In this document: positions 11,755 through 23,533 of the stretch, one piece after another
Layout: each line of letters begins with the position of its first letter
Position numbering within the stretch: the first letter of the stretch is position 1
DNA from: Zygnema circumcarinatum SAG 698-1b
Lineage: Eukaryota > Plantae > Zygnematophyceae
Assembly (NCBI GenBank): GCA_037447605.1
Contig: CM074805.1
Coordinates: 1,521,361 to 1,585,360, forward strand
DNA length: 64,000 nucleotides
Reading direction: 5' to 3'
Program-made: the position numbers and the translations under genes
The notes under the pieces: generated by a model
The model's input: only the letters and a program-made list of their open reading frames with translations
What the model was told of the DNA's origin: nothing
The model's database searches: none

Positions 11755-14235
11755 ATGGAAAAGGATAGCAAATTATCTTTTCATCAGCGGCGAGTGAAGG
11801 TCATAAAGCCAGTGGCCGTATATAGTGCTTCTGCTGTTGGGAAAAGAGAGATAGCGAGTGATAGAAGTAAGGAAGAGTTCTGTCTTCATGAAGCAGGACT
11901 TCCATCAATCACGTCAGAAGCTCCAGCTCCGATCACGATATTCGAAGAACTACGATTTCAGCCCGTGCTTCTCGGCAGCGACTCTTTTTCCGCAGTTGGA
12001 CGCTGTCATGCACGGTGAGGGTAATGTGATTTGCGTAAGGATAAAATCAGTTGCGATCATAGGCGGTAACGGGGAGACATTTTGTTGCCTAAATGCACAT
12101 AGAAGAAAAAACTAATGGTAAGAGAAGTCCAGAAAAGTTATTAATTGTTTCCTTGTTGCTACTTCAGGGTTGGAGATGAGGAGCTTATGCGGATGATCCG
12201 CGGAGGTGCTGAAGAAGTCAATGTGAAAAATCCCATAGAAGACATACTCACAGACACGCAGCATCAACAATACTGCTGTGGCAGATCTTCAAGGTTCAAG
12301 AATTTCATGCTGCATTTTTCAAGCGATCGCAACCTCTGAATATTTTTCATTCTCAAATTAGATTTTTTTAATTTAAAACCAAGGTCACACCTTGTTCCAC
12401 TAGCTCGGCCCCGCCATTTGTAGCTTCAAAATTTTGAATTTCATCTCTCCCGTGCGCTTTTCAGAAAGACTGAGGAACAGACAAGGACTTATCTTTGTAG
12501 GCAATTATCGAACTCGTCTTCGCGGACGTTTGGATCCAACGGTGCAACAGCACCTTCAACCAGTAGCGGAGGGTCCATAGGAACGTTGACAGACGTTCGA
12601 CCTTTTAGCTTTTCCATATCACCGAGTGAATCGTCCCAGGCAACCGACGGTCAAGTTTCTAGCAGTGGCTTTGCCTCAGAGGCGCAGCAGCATGGGAACA
12701 TAGATGTAATATTTGAGGGCAAGGAATTGGCTATGGAGCCATCCCCTTCAATGTTTGAGTGTGACAGGACATTATCCTATGTAGGATCGTTATCTTCGCC
12801 CGATTGGGCACATATCTGGTCAATTGGATCGAGTTCAGGCAGCTCGGGGAAGGAGACCCCGGATGATTCTACTTCTCGATTGAGGGCCGAAAACACAAAT
12901 CTGGAGCTTTCAATCGCGCCACCTTTGCAAGGATTACGTTCAGGATCCACTAGGAGCGAGAACCCCCCTAGCAGAGGGCTCTCGATTGAGTCTCGTGGAG
13001 GATCTCATTGCTCTGCTGCGAAGAAAAAACGGAAGTGTGAACATGTCTCCTCGGGGATCTTCATCAACACAAAAGAAGAAGGGACACGCCACGTGACGAC
13101 GAGTTCCGTCTGTGTGGAGTGTGGCAAGCAGTTTGACTCGCCACAGGCTCTAGGGGGGCATATGAGCAAGCATCGCCGCACTAGTTAATGGCGTCTAAAC
13201 CTTTCCTTCACGTTGCGGTTTGCTCTTTCTTCTTTCAGCAGCTTAGCGGTGGTCTTTTTGTCTATAGGTGACGTAAATTTGCTATGGCTTGATTTATTGG
13301 GTAATATGCTGCAAGACCTAGTTCACCCCGCTAAACTACAAAACCGGAGAGTCGTTAGCTACTGGTTGATTGCCCACAGCTGAAAGAATTCTGTTCCTCT
13401 GTGCTCACACACATACAGGGATCGCAGGACTGAGAAAACCAGGACGGGAACAAATGTCATCTTCTATTGGCGTTGATCGAACTCCCCCTTTGTTCGCTAC
13501 CACGGATGCAGGTGACGGGTAAGGATATCTAACTTTGCTTTCTTCTGTTGTATCTGCTATGAGGCACCTGATCATAACCGGTATAATTGTCGTTGGGAAT
13601 GCAGGATACACATTGAAGGAAAGATACCTCCAACTATCCATTTTGCAACTTCTCCGTCTCAACTGACGGTGCCTGAAGAACAGCCCGGTTACAGCAGCTT
13701 GATGGCCCTTGTCGCTCCGCCCTCCGTTATCTGCCGCGGCACACAAATGGGAGAGTGTGGAGACAAGGGCTTCAAATCGCCAATGCTGCAGCCAAGCTGG
13801 ACATCGGTTCTTGTGCCGCCACATCGAATCACAGACGCCGCGTGCATGCCAGTCACTGCACCTCTTGGTGGACAAGTGCCGGCTCCAATAAATCAAGGAA
13901 TCGTTTCTACAGCAGCATCTTCTCAATGGCCGTACATGACAGTCTCAGGGGCAGCGGCACTGGGAAATGGTGCGTTGCGACCAGCGGCCAGCAGCCATGG
14001 CTGCCTTCCACGCGGACTGCTGGAAGCCAATCTGCCTGAAGTTCAGTCCGCCATACCTCTCATGCCGGCTTCCTATTTGGCGGGCAAGGTCGTTCAGGTC
14101 GGAGGCAGGCTCTACCGCTTGCGTCCCACGGAGCATGGCAGTTCAATTTCTGTTCCGCAATTTGCAGGGGGGTCTATAGCTGGACCTATGGCTGAAGGCC
14201 CTCTAGGTCAGAGTGCGAGTAGTCGATTTGGTTAG
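11755..14235 (+). CDS. Q-type (QALGGH) single C2H2 zinc-finger protein; probable 5 exons
   Basis: CVECGKQFDSPQALGGHMSKH at 13111-13173, basic KKKRK NLS and EAR-like LELSI. Phase-consistent model: 11755-12014, 12168-12293, 12501-13183, 13419-13518, 13605-14235. Exons outside the finger exon rest on splice phase only. Confidence 0.7.
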
Positions 14236-15016
14236 GGGAGCGTGTCTGAGACTGAGATTGACTGTGTCTGAAATCCACGTCGCTTCTAAAATTCTACTTG
14301 CAACTGATACATATGCGTCGGTTTGAGCACTGAATGTACATTTTCAAGCTATCAGTGCATTTCTCACTTGTGTACATTCGGTTGGCTCGGGACTTGAGGG
14401 TTTTTCTTCTTGGAGGGTTAAGCAAAAACTGGTCACTTCAGTAATATTGAGTATGCTCTATGTGCTTTCACATGCAAATGGATATTAGTACAAATGTAGT
14501 AGTTGGTCATGTTTGCACATGTCATTTGCGAATACTTGTTTGAATGGTTTATTGGCCACGAATAAACTGTTCTAGAGAACAACATTCATCTAAAGCTTTC
14601 CATACTCCATGAACGTTCGTATGAGCTAGGAAGTCTTAAGTTTCTTGGAAAAACGATAATCTATTTGCAATACCTCGATTTCAACTAGAAACTTGTGAAT
14701 GGTGGATACATGAAACTTCCTTAGACCCAAACTCTTTCACATTTGTGGAGTGAACGAAATAGAACCATGCCCTCCCTCGTGTCTCATGCGGAGTGTTTAC
14801 TCGCAGCAAGTGCCATATCTCCATCGTCCAAATTCGCGGAATTTGAAGATGGTGCAGTGAAGTAGCGACATGCCAAGGTCAACATTTCACCTCAGAGGAA
14901 GCGCAGACCATGGCATGGCACATCACATCCGCCCTATCGCGAGCCATGGCCATGGCTGCCCTCGCCGAGCCATGGACTTATGACGCGGGGTTGGCAGCAT
15001 AGCGGCCCGCCCGACG

Positions 15017-18000
15017 ATGAGCAGTCGTCACTGCGAGAGCCTCCTGCAGGAGACTGCCTCCTCCCCCACTCGCACCGAGGGAGAAGGGGAGGGGGAGGGG
15101 AAGGGGGAGGGGGAGGGGAAGGGGGAGGGGGAGGGGAAGGGGGAGGGGGAGGAGAAGGGGGAGCGGAAGGGGGAGGGGAGCTTCGGATCCGCAGCTGGGG
15201 GGCTCATGTTGCCTGGAGGGAGGCAAGTGCGGCGCACCCGCTCAGCGACCAAGACGTTTGCAGTAGCTGCGTTGCTCACCGTGTTCAACAGCTCACAAGT
15301 GCGCTTCTTCACAACTCTTGTTTCCATGGCCAGGTTTACGTAGCAGACGCAGAGGGTATGTCTTGTACTGTCGTGACGCTATTAGCGAGGCCGAAAATGA
15401 ACGTGTTGATGCCATTAACAAGCAATCTGTTGCACCTACTGTATGTCCTACAGTACGAAGAACGGGATGTAGTTCAGTTTTCGTACATGTCAAACAGTAT
15501 TTTGCTTTGTCATAAATTCGCCTGCCATGATCAAGTTTACTGATGGCTGGTTAAAGAAAGTGCTTCGAGCCTTTTTATTGCGGTTCGTTTGGTGACGGTT
15601 TTAGCAATGGACCCTCAAAGGCTGTCATTTTCCGTGTCCAATATTTGGATTGTAAAATGGCAATCTACTGATAGCTGATGAATAAATTGAAGCCCCGTAT
15701 CACTGTTTTTATTGCAGATTGTACTTACGACGCTTTCGAAAGTTGACGGAAACTATGAATATAACTATGCAACTATTCCTTTCCTTGCCGAGTTTGTGAA
15801 GGTAAGGGCTGCCATTTTGTGGAAATTCATAAATCATTAGTCCCTAACAGAGGAGGTGGCCTTTTGAGTCTTTTTATCACCCTCCTTCCTCCACGACTAT
15901 TCCCCGTCGTCCCTCGTCGCATGCCTCTTTTTTCGGTGTATTTGTGACGTTCGTCCAGTTCTATATCACAAATGAAATTATTGCTAAGTGACTGACCGCT
16001 GGACCATAGATGCGCAAACAGGTGCGAGGGTGTCAGAGAAGTGCCCTTATTGTGAAATTTCGTAAGGCCAGAAAGTATTAGGAATGCAACACTTTGGCCG
16101 TCCCGATCGTGTCGTTTGCAGCTTGAATCAGGGGGCCACTGTCTGACTTGCAAGGGTGACATATTCCATGCTAATTAGGGATTTTTGCTCTACTGCAATG
16201 CTACGGAATGCAGATGCTCGTTTGCAGTCTGCTGCTTTGGAGAGAGTCCCTGTCAGACCATCGCCCAAAGATCACATTGAATTGGCTGAGCATGCGCCTG
16301 TATCCAATCCCGTCCATCATCTACCTCCTTTTGAACAATGTGCATTTTGCAGCCCTGGCAAGACTCCAGCCATCCACCTACCAAATCCTAAGCAACGTAA
16401 AGATTGTTACCACCGGAATTCTTTTCAGGTGAGGATGAGCGTGTGGGGGACAAGAATTATTTCGTAAGCTTATGACTGACCAATCCGACGCTTTGTCGTT
16501 TGTGCTAGGCATAAATTGAAGGCAAACTTTCCATGTTTACGATCAGTTTATGTCGATTGCCAACGTAAGCTGAATGCTATTCTTTTCTGGCGATCTGCAG
16601 ACTATTCTTGCAGCGCCAGTTGACTCCTCTAAAATGGTTTGCGCTGTTTCTTCTAACGGCTGGCACAACCATCAGCCAGGTGCGCTTCCTTTGTCTCACA
16701 AATCTGCAGATTCTGAATGAGAATTTCTTCAATGCTATTGTGTTCTGTCTTCAATCCCACCGTCCCTATCGACTTGCCCTACTAACATGCACTGCATCCT
16801 TTTCCTTGCAGGTTAAAACCCCCTTTTCAGAGATGAATGGTACGTCGCCCAGCGTCTCCCGGCTGCTCGCCGAACCTCTCGATGGATATGCACTTGCACT
16901 GCTGGGGACATTGCTTTCTGCGCTGGCGGGCGTTTACACGGAGTACTTGATGAAGAAAGACAACGACTCTATCTACTGGCAGAATTTTCAGCTTTATGTG
17001 TGCGTATGAGACCATGTGAGCAAAAAGGATCTGTTCAACTATGTTCGGTTTGAGAGCAAGTGAACAAGAAATGTCACATATGATCCAAATTTCAGCTAGC
17101 AAAAAATGTTGAAAATAAGAGTTCGTTACCTTTCAGCTCCAACCTTATTAGTGTTTTTGGCTGTTCTTTTGCAATAATATTGGCAATAATATTGGCAATC
17201 ACCGTCCTCACCTGTGGGACCAGGATGTGCAGATTTGGAGTGCTCTTCAATACTCTGAGGTTGACGCTGGACGACGCACGCGAGGGCTGGCAGAGGGGCT
17301 TCTGGTGGGCCAGCCTCGGTAAAGGCTTCAACTTCGCTACTTGGCTGGTGGTGGCCAATATGGCCTTCACAGGCCTTCTTGTTTCGTGGATCATGAAGTA
17401 TGCCGATGTGCTGGTGAAGGTGCCCCCTCGTTCCCAACATCTTTTCAGTGGTCACTTCACGAGCAACACTTTTTCTTGAAATGGCTAATTGGCTTCTCAG
17501 CAGTTCGCCATTTCAAGGAGTGGAGTGTTGTTTGAAGCCTGACTGAGGGCGAAGAGCAGCAGCAGTAAGTGGGCTGACGGACAATGGGGCTTATTGGAGA
17601 TGCTTTCTTGCGTGCAGGTCTATGCGACTTCCATGGCCATGCTGCTCACGACGGTGCTATCGATCTTTCTCTTCAATTTCCAGCCCTCTATTATGGTATG
17701 CCATTCGCAGCTTTTTCACTGTTTGGTAGGAAGGCAAGAAACTGTTACAACGGTACTACCAAGCAGCATTGTTTTGTCCAAGAAAATCAGCAACATCTGG
17801 TAGACAATTGTCATTTTAACAGCAGTTGCCCTATTTGGAAGCCTTAACAGGACAAGGAACTTAAGTTAGGGTGTCACAGCGAGGACCCCTTCTTCCATGC
17901 CATGAGAAGAACATTTGATTAACCGAAAATCTAAATAAAAACAAGACAAGCAAATAAAGTCAAGCTAAGGCAAGGCAAGGCAAGGCAGGCCAGGCCAGGG

Positions 18001-18231
18001 CAGTTTATTGGGGTTTTAAGGAGAACTCCATTCTGTTGGTATTATGGGCTGAAGAGTCTGGGCTTCGCTGGGTGGTGGATGCAGTTATTTTTTGGCATTC
18101 TTATCTGCACGGCCTCTCTACACCTGTACTTCACTCCTCCACGACGAGTCCTTCAATACATTGAAAGGACTGCAGTGGAAGCTTCTCAGAATCTGCGAGC
18201 ACGGGAAAAGCAACTCAAGGGGACGGAGTAG
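15017..18231 (+). CDS. Nucleotide-sugar transporter (SLC35A / CMP-sialic acid transporter-like); 8 exons
   Basis: LLTVFNSSQ, YNYATIPFLAEFVK, PSIIYLLLNNVHF, TYQILSNVKIVTTGILFR, LSALAGVYTEYLMKK, YWQNFQLY, GLLVSWIMKYAD, VYATSMAMLLT, SLHLYF. Start is 15017 or 15206. Confidence 0.9.
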
Positions 18232-18958
18232 ACGATGCCATGCCAGACTGTTTTGATAAATGGATTCCAATGTCGTCGAGGGTGGCTTCCTATAGAAGAG
18301 CTTTTCCTGCCCATTGGAATCTTATGTAATATTCCACTGTGTGCCGGAGTATCGCCCGTTGACTGCTGACTGACTGCCGTTGCTGATGTTGTCCCATGTA
18401 TGTTACATAAGTTATTGTCCATCTCAATGCCAATTGCCAAGAAATAGAAAACAAAATGGCCTCTCAATCATTCGAGTGCCTGATTGAACTTTCAAAGCTC
18501 TTCAAATCGTCCCCTGCACGTTCCCACACCGGGCCTCCTCGCTCTCTCACAAGCGGCTGGCGAATGCGAGCAGAATAAGCAGAAGAAAAAGTCGGCGCGG
18601 CGCAAAGCTTCAGCCACAAAGCCTTCCCTTCCACGTCAAGTCGGCCTCGAGCCGGCGCGGGTTTCTGCGCAGCAGCCGCGATCTCCAGCTTCCGGAGGCT
18701 GCGAGAGCGCCGTAGCGTCCCTTCTCTGCCCAAATGACCGCCTTCATTATCACTATCGTGTCCTCTGTCTCACACGGTGAGGAAAGTGAGGTTATCGAAG
18801 GCAGCAAAAGGGCCGGAAGGCTTGTCTTGCACTACAGTACGAAGGTGCAAGGGAGGATTGGCAGACACCTGCGAGGAATCCCGCAGAGGCAAGCAGTGAA
18901 GGGGTGTTCTTTTTCGTGAGGTTTGGTCAGTCATCGGAGGGGCTGAGCTGCTGCCACC

Positions 18959-20426
18959 ATGTATAGGAGGCGGCGTGTGCCGCCAGGTAATGGCGGATTT
19001 AACATGGCACATGCCGCAGCTTTACAGGCCGTCCTCCAGTTTGCCGCACTGCCACATAAGCCTCCGGTAACGGCAGCCATCATAGTAGCAAACGTGGCAG
19101 TTTTTTACAAACCGGGACTTCTGAATGAGTTATTACTACCTGCACATGCTGTTTGTCTCAATTCTCGCGCTTTTTTACAGGTAAGAGAGCGGACCGAACT
19201 CTGCCTCTGAGCTCTATTCTGGCTTTGAAGGAACGGGCCAGTTTAGTTTGTCTATCATAATTGAAATTAGTAAACTCGTCAGTGAGGGTGCGTGTTACCG
19301 CGGAAGTTGTCCTTATTGGTTAGTTTTGGTCAGTTCTTCGAGATGCCCTGCCGCAGTCCATGGCTCATGGATCATCCGTGGATGCTGGCAGTATGGTACA
19401 CCTTTTCTATAAGGTGGTGCACGACGAGGTTTTCGGTAGAGGTTCATGATGCTTTAAGAAAATAATTAGTGATTATGCTGGTGTTGGAGCTGAATTGAAT
19501 GTGATCTTGCTGACTAATCTTGGTTGCAGACTCTAGATCTAAAGCGGCTGCTCCTCAGCGCATTTTATCACTCAGATGACGTTCACTTGATTTACAACAT
19601 GGTTTCTCTGCTCTGGAAAGGTTATCATTTAGAATCGCGCCTTGGTTCCGCTAGATATGCAAAGACCGTAGCTCTTCTGCTGGTTCTCTCCCACGGCAGC
19701 TTTGTCGCGGTGTCTTCTCTTTTGGCCAACTTTACCAATTGGGTAACTCCTTATCGACATGAATGCGCTATTGGCTTTTCTGCGGTTATATTTGCAATGA
19801 AGACTATTCTTAACGCCTCCGAGCCAACTTACACACGTATGCACGGCTTTCTCATTCCCACGCGGTATGCAGCGTGGGCGGAGTTGGTCCTCATTCAGCT
19901 GCTAGTTCCTAATGCGTCATTCTTAGGTCACCTTTGCGGAATCTTGGCTGGTCTCCTCTACTTAAATGCTGGCCGAGCTTGGTCTATCGGCATGGCTCTA
20001 CCATATCGACTACTGCAGCGGTTCTTACCCAGACCGTGGTTATGGAGATGGAGAGGGCAACGGCATGTCGTTGGAAGGAGAGGAGGTCAGCAAAGGGCTT
20101 CAAGTCGAGATGCACAAACTGCGGGTGATGAGCGAGGGGCAAGGCCCGGAAGGTTTGAAGAGGCAACTGGCTTAGGACCTCGACTCTGGAGATGCGCAGC
20201 TTGCACATATGACAATCCTTTGCACCGTGATCGGTGTGAAATGTGCGAAACGCCCCGAGGATCTGAGGGCGGGTCATCATGGGAACCTTCTCCTACAAAC
20301 GCAGGATGGAGCCTTGATGATTATGTTCCCGCACCTCCTTCAACGGCTCCTTGGACACAAGAGTCAGAACGCGCTCTAAATGCAGAGGAGCTGCGCCGCA
20401 GGCGGCTTGAACGTTTTTCAAGATAG
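18959..20426 (+). CDS. RBL14: Rhomboid-like protease with C-terminal RanBP2-type zinc finger; 2 exons
   Basis: KPPVTA; HLIYNM; AIGFSAV (catalytic Ser); SFLGHL (catalytic His); WRCAACTYDN..CEMC; EELRRRRLERF. Intron ~19181-19529. Confidence 0.9.
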
Positions 20427-21344
20427 CTCGTGTGTATACTCTCTCCCAGTATGGCAGTCACGCTCACGGCGAGGTATTTTCGTGCTGTACATTGCTTGCC
20501 CAACTAGGTTGATCGTTGAAATGTGCTTTTCCGTTTTTTGCTTAGACCTAATTGCTGTTTGTCAATACGTGAAATTGTTTTATGGTCCTGTTTACTATGT
20601 GGAGTATTGTAGTCAAGAACACGAGGCAGTTGGCAAGATGGCTTGCATTTTGCAACATAGTGGCCAGCTAAGATTGCAGGGGCAGGGCAGGTTGTCTATG
20701 TATATGTACCCGGTCTCTCTTGGAACATTGACCATTCTGTTGTCACTCGTGTTATGCAGCAAAGACCTTTCGAAGCCATGAATTCATATTCTCTATTTCC
20801 TGAGCAGGCGTCTTATTGTGTCGGTACAAGTCCTCATGGCGAAAAAATGCCCCATGAGCTGCAATGTTGCAAGCTTTGCCAATCTTGCACCTGTAATTCT
20901 CGCACCAGGACAACTATTGTACACTACATCCTTGATAGAAAAGAAGTTTTATGTACATCTGATCCTCGCCCCCTCTCAGCCCGGGGGGATCAGGCCCTTT
21001 CAAAAAAAAAAGACACAAAGTAATGAGGGTATGTCAACGTTTAGCAAACACTCAACCTACATTGACAGAAGTGAGATATATCAAAGTCATAGATTCGACT
21101 TAGGACAAGACACCATCAAATCTTTTATCCAATGCATGACATGGCTGTGGCCAACAACTAACCCAGCAAAAGAATCTTGGCAATATCTTAGAACTTTTCA
21201 ATTTTAATTCAGCAAATCCTAAACGGGCACGTCTAAACAAGTGGGACTTCGTACAGCGGCGGCTTCATCATAACAGACAGCATCCGGAAATAGAGGGAGC
21301 ATAGGTTAACTGGAGTCCAAACTTCCAGGAACCCTTTACCTATC

Positions 21345-22912
21345 CTATTGAGGCTTCACAGCGCCTTCATCATCTCCTAAGCGCATGTTGGCGAAACCGA
21401 AATAAGAAGGATCTACCTCCGCCTCATCATCAAATCCCAAGTAGAGAGTGTTCAATTGGAAGCCTGCAGTTTGAATCGCCTCCACTAGAGCAGCAGCCAT
21501 GCCCGTGGCTTGGACGGTCGTCGCTTGCGTGCACTGCATTGTGAGAGCGAGTAGGAGTGAAAAAAGGGCTCGAAACAGGAATGTAAACAAGGATAATGAC
21601 GGATCCAAGGAACGACAAGCTCAGAATCACAACCACAAAGGCAAGCAGTCGTACGTCCAGCGTCGGCAGGCATTTACTGGCACATTATAACTCAGCCCTG
21701 AAATATGCCCAATTCAAATCCTAAGCAAACGTAGCCTAGGACCAGGCGATGACAAATCGCTCACATTAGAAGCCATGGAACGGCATAAAAGGAAGACATT
21801 GAAAGCTGCCCCTGTAAAATGCAGTTCAAACTACAGAGAGGAGAAGAGTGAACAAACCTCAGCAACAGCTGTGCCTTCTGAAACTGTGACTTGCACATTC
21901 GACACGCCGTCCACTCCCTGCAACATCAGGGATGCATGAAATCAGAAGTTTGTCGCTTCACATAGCAGGGGCTCTTGGATCATTCCATGTCAACTGAACT
22001 GCTCCCTATCATGACATCCTTCCATCCCAATTTCAACTTGTCACATAAGTAGGATGGCCAGGAGGCATACTTCCAGAGCTGTGATGACATCTGGCTTCAG
22101 ACCATCGGCGAGGAAGCCCTCCGCCTGCAAACAGAAAGCCGGCATTCATAAAAAAATAATTGTTACGCAATGGTGAATATACCGACTTAGACTGAAAAGC
22201 AGAAACTGGAATGCGGCAAACGACAAACAAAAAGCTCCGTGCCCTGCGATGCAAACCAAACAGAAATCACAAAATTTTCCTCTTTGAACGAGCTGTAGCT
22301 GCCGTATGCCAAATCATTCCTCCCTTCGATCAACCAATTCAATTCCTATATCGTAACGTCAACAAGAGGAAGAGCTCTTCAACCAGCTGAAAACATAAAG
22401 ATTCAGACGTCATAAAAGAAAAGTTGAAGGTCACTACTACCTGGCCTGGAAATATAAAGGAAGTATACTCTAAAATACTGAACATCGTGAAGAATTACAA
22501 ATGATCTGCAAATTCAATACATCATTCCCTTCAGAGCTTCCAAATGCATGTCTCAAAGAATCCACCTCCACACCTTAAAGTAGATAGTTAGGCTGTCGTC
22601 ACCGATATATTCCAACTCCTCCTCCGGAGCAACTTCCGACACTGCAGCTTCTGTTTGCGCATCGTCCACGGAGGCTACAGGCAACTGGCTACTTCTTCTA
22701 CCTTTACCCTGTCGCAGCGTAAATGAAGCCGCCTCTACAGCTGACGAAGCCGCCTTCCTATTCCACAGAAAAAGCCCTAACGGAGGGCAGCCTGCAGATG
22801 GAACACCTGCCAGAGCAGCAGAGAATTTCGGCTTCCTGTCCCATCCATGAACATGTCTCACCGACGAAGAAAACACTTCCCTGAGTGAAGCAGTGGCGGT
22901 AGCAGCAGCCAT
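21345..22912 (-). CDS. Plastid-targeted HMA-like domain protein (At5g14910-like); 4 exons
   Basis: Transit-like exon ending DSLTIYFK, then AEGFLADGLKPDVITALE (~22070-22123), GVDGVSNVQVTVSEGTAVAE (~21858-21917), TTVQATGMAAALVEAIQTAGFQLNTLYLGFDDE. Confidence 0.8.
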
Positions 22913-23533
22913 GACTTACAAATTGGCAGCAGCAACTCCTTTTACTTACACTTATCAACCTGCGGACTGTCTATGCTACGTTCTCCCCAACGCGCTCCAA
23001 AAGGAAACGAAAAGGAAAAACCTCGCTCAATTCATACCCAAGCGTCCTCCAAATCCTCAATTGCAACTGCTTGAAACCATTTCCTTCTTCCCCAGACACA
23101 TGCACCTCCTCCTCTCCTGCCGAGAGGTCCTCCTCCCTCTCTGAACAGAGACCGACCACTCCCAGCCAGTACTGTGAGCGATAGACAGGGTTCAGTGCTC
23201 CCTATGAGAGCAAGGCAGATCAAGAGAGGGTTCAGAGAGACCTAATCCGTATCGGACGGTGGGATGGGCGGCAGGGCACCCGCGGGGGACTCTGGACCGT
23301 CGGATGGGCTCCTCGAATCGGCGGATCGTGACGGGGCTCCTTTTGAAGGTCACCCACGTGGTGCAAATCGGACCGCAAGTTTTAGATCGGACGGTCGAGG
23401 GTGCGCGCTTGGCCTCGGCCTTTTTTGTGCTTGTCCCATCCATTGCCCGTCTGCCTTTCTCTTCCCTTTCCAAGCGGAGAGGGGCGGAGGGAGGAGGGAG
23501 GTGGGAGGAAGGGAGGGAGGGAGGGAGGCAGCC

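Noticed and set aside
23264-23533. In-frame 90-aa extension upstream of the Toc159-family start
   Set aside because: Lies in the divergent promoter and low-complexity leader; GCCATGG at 23534 is the better start.
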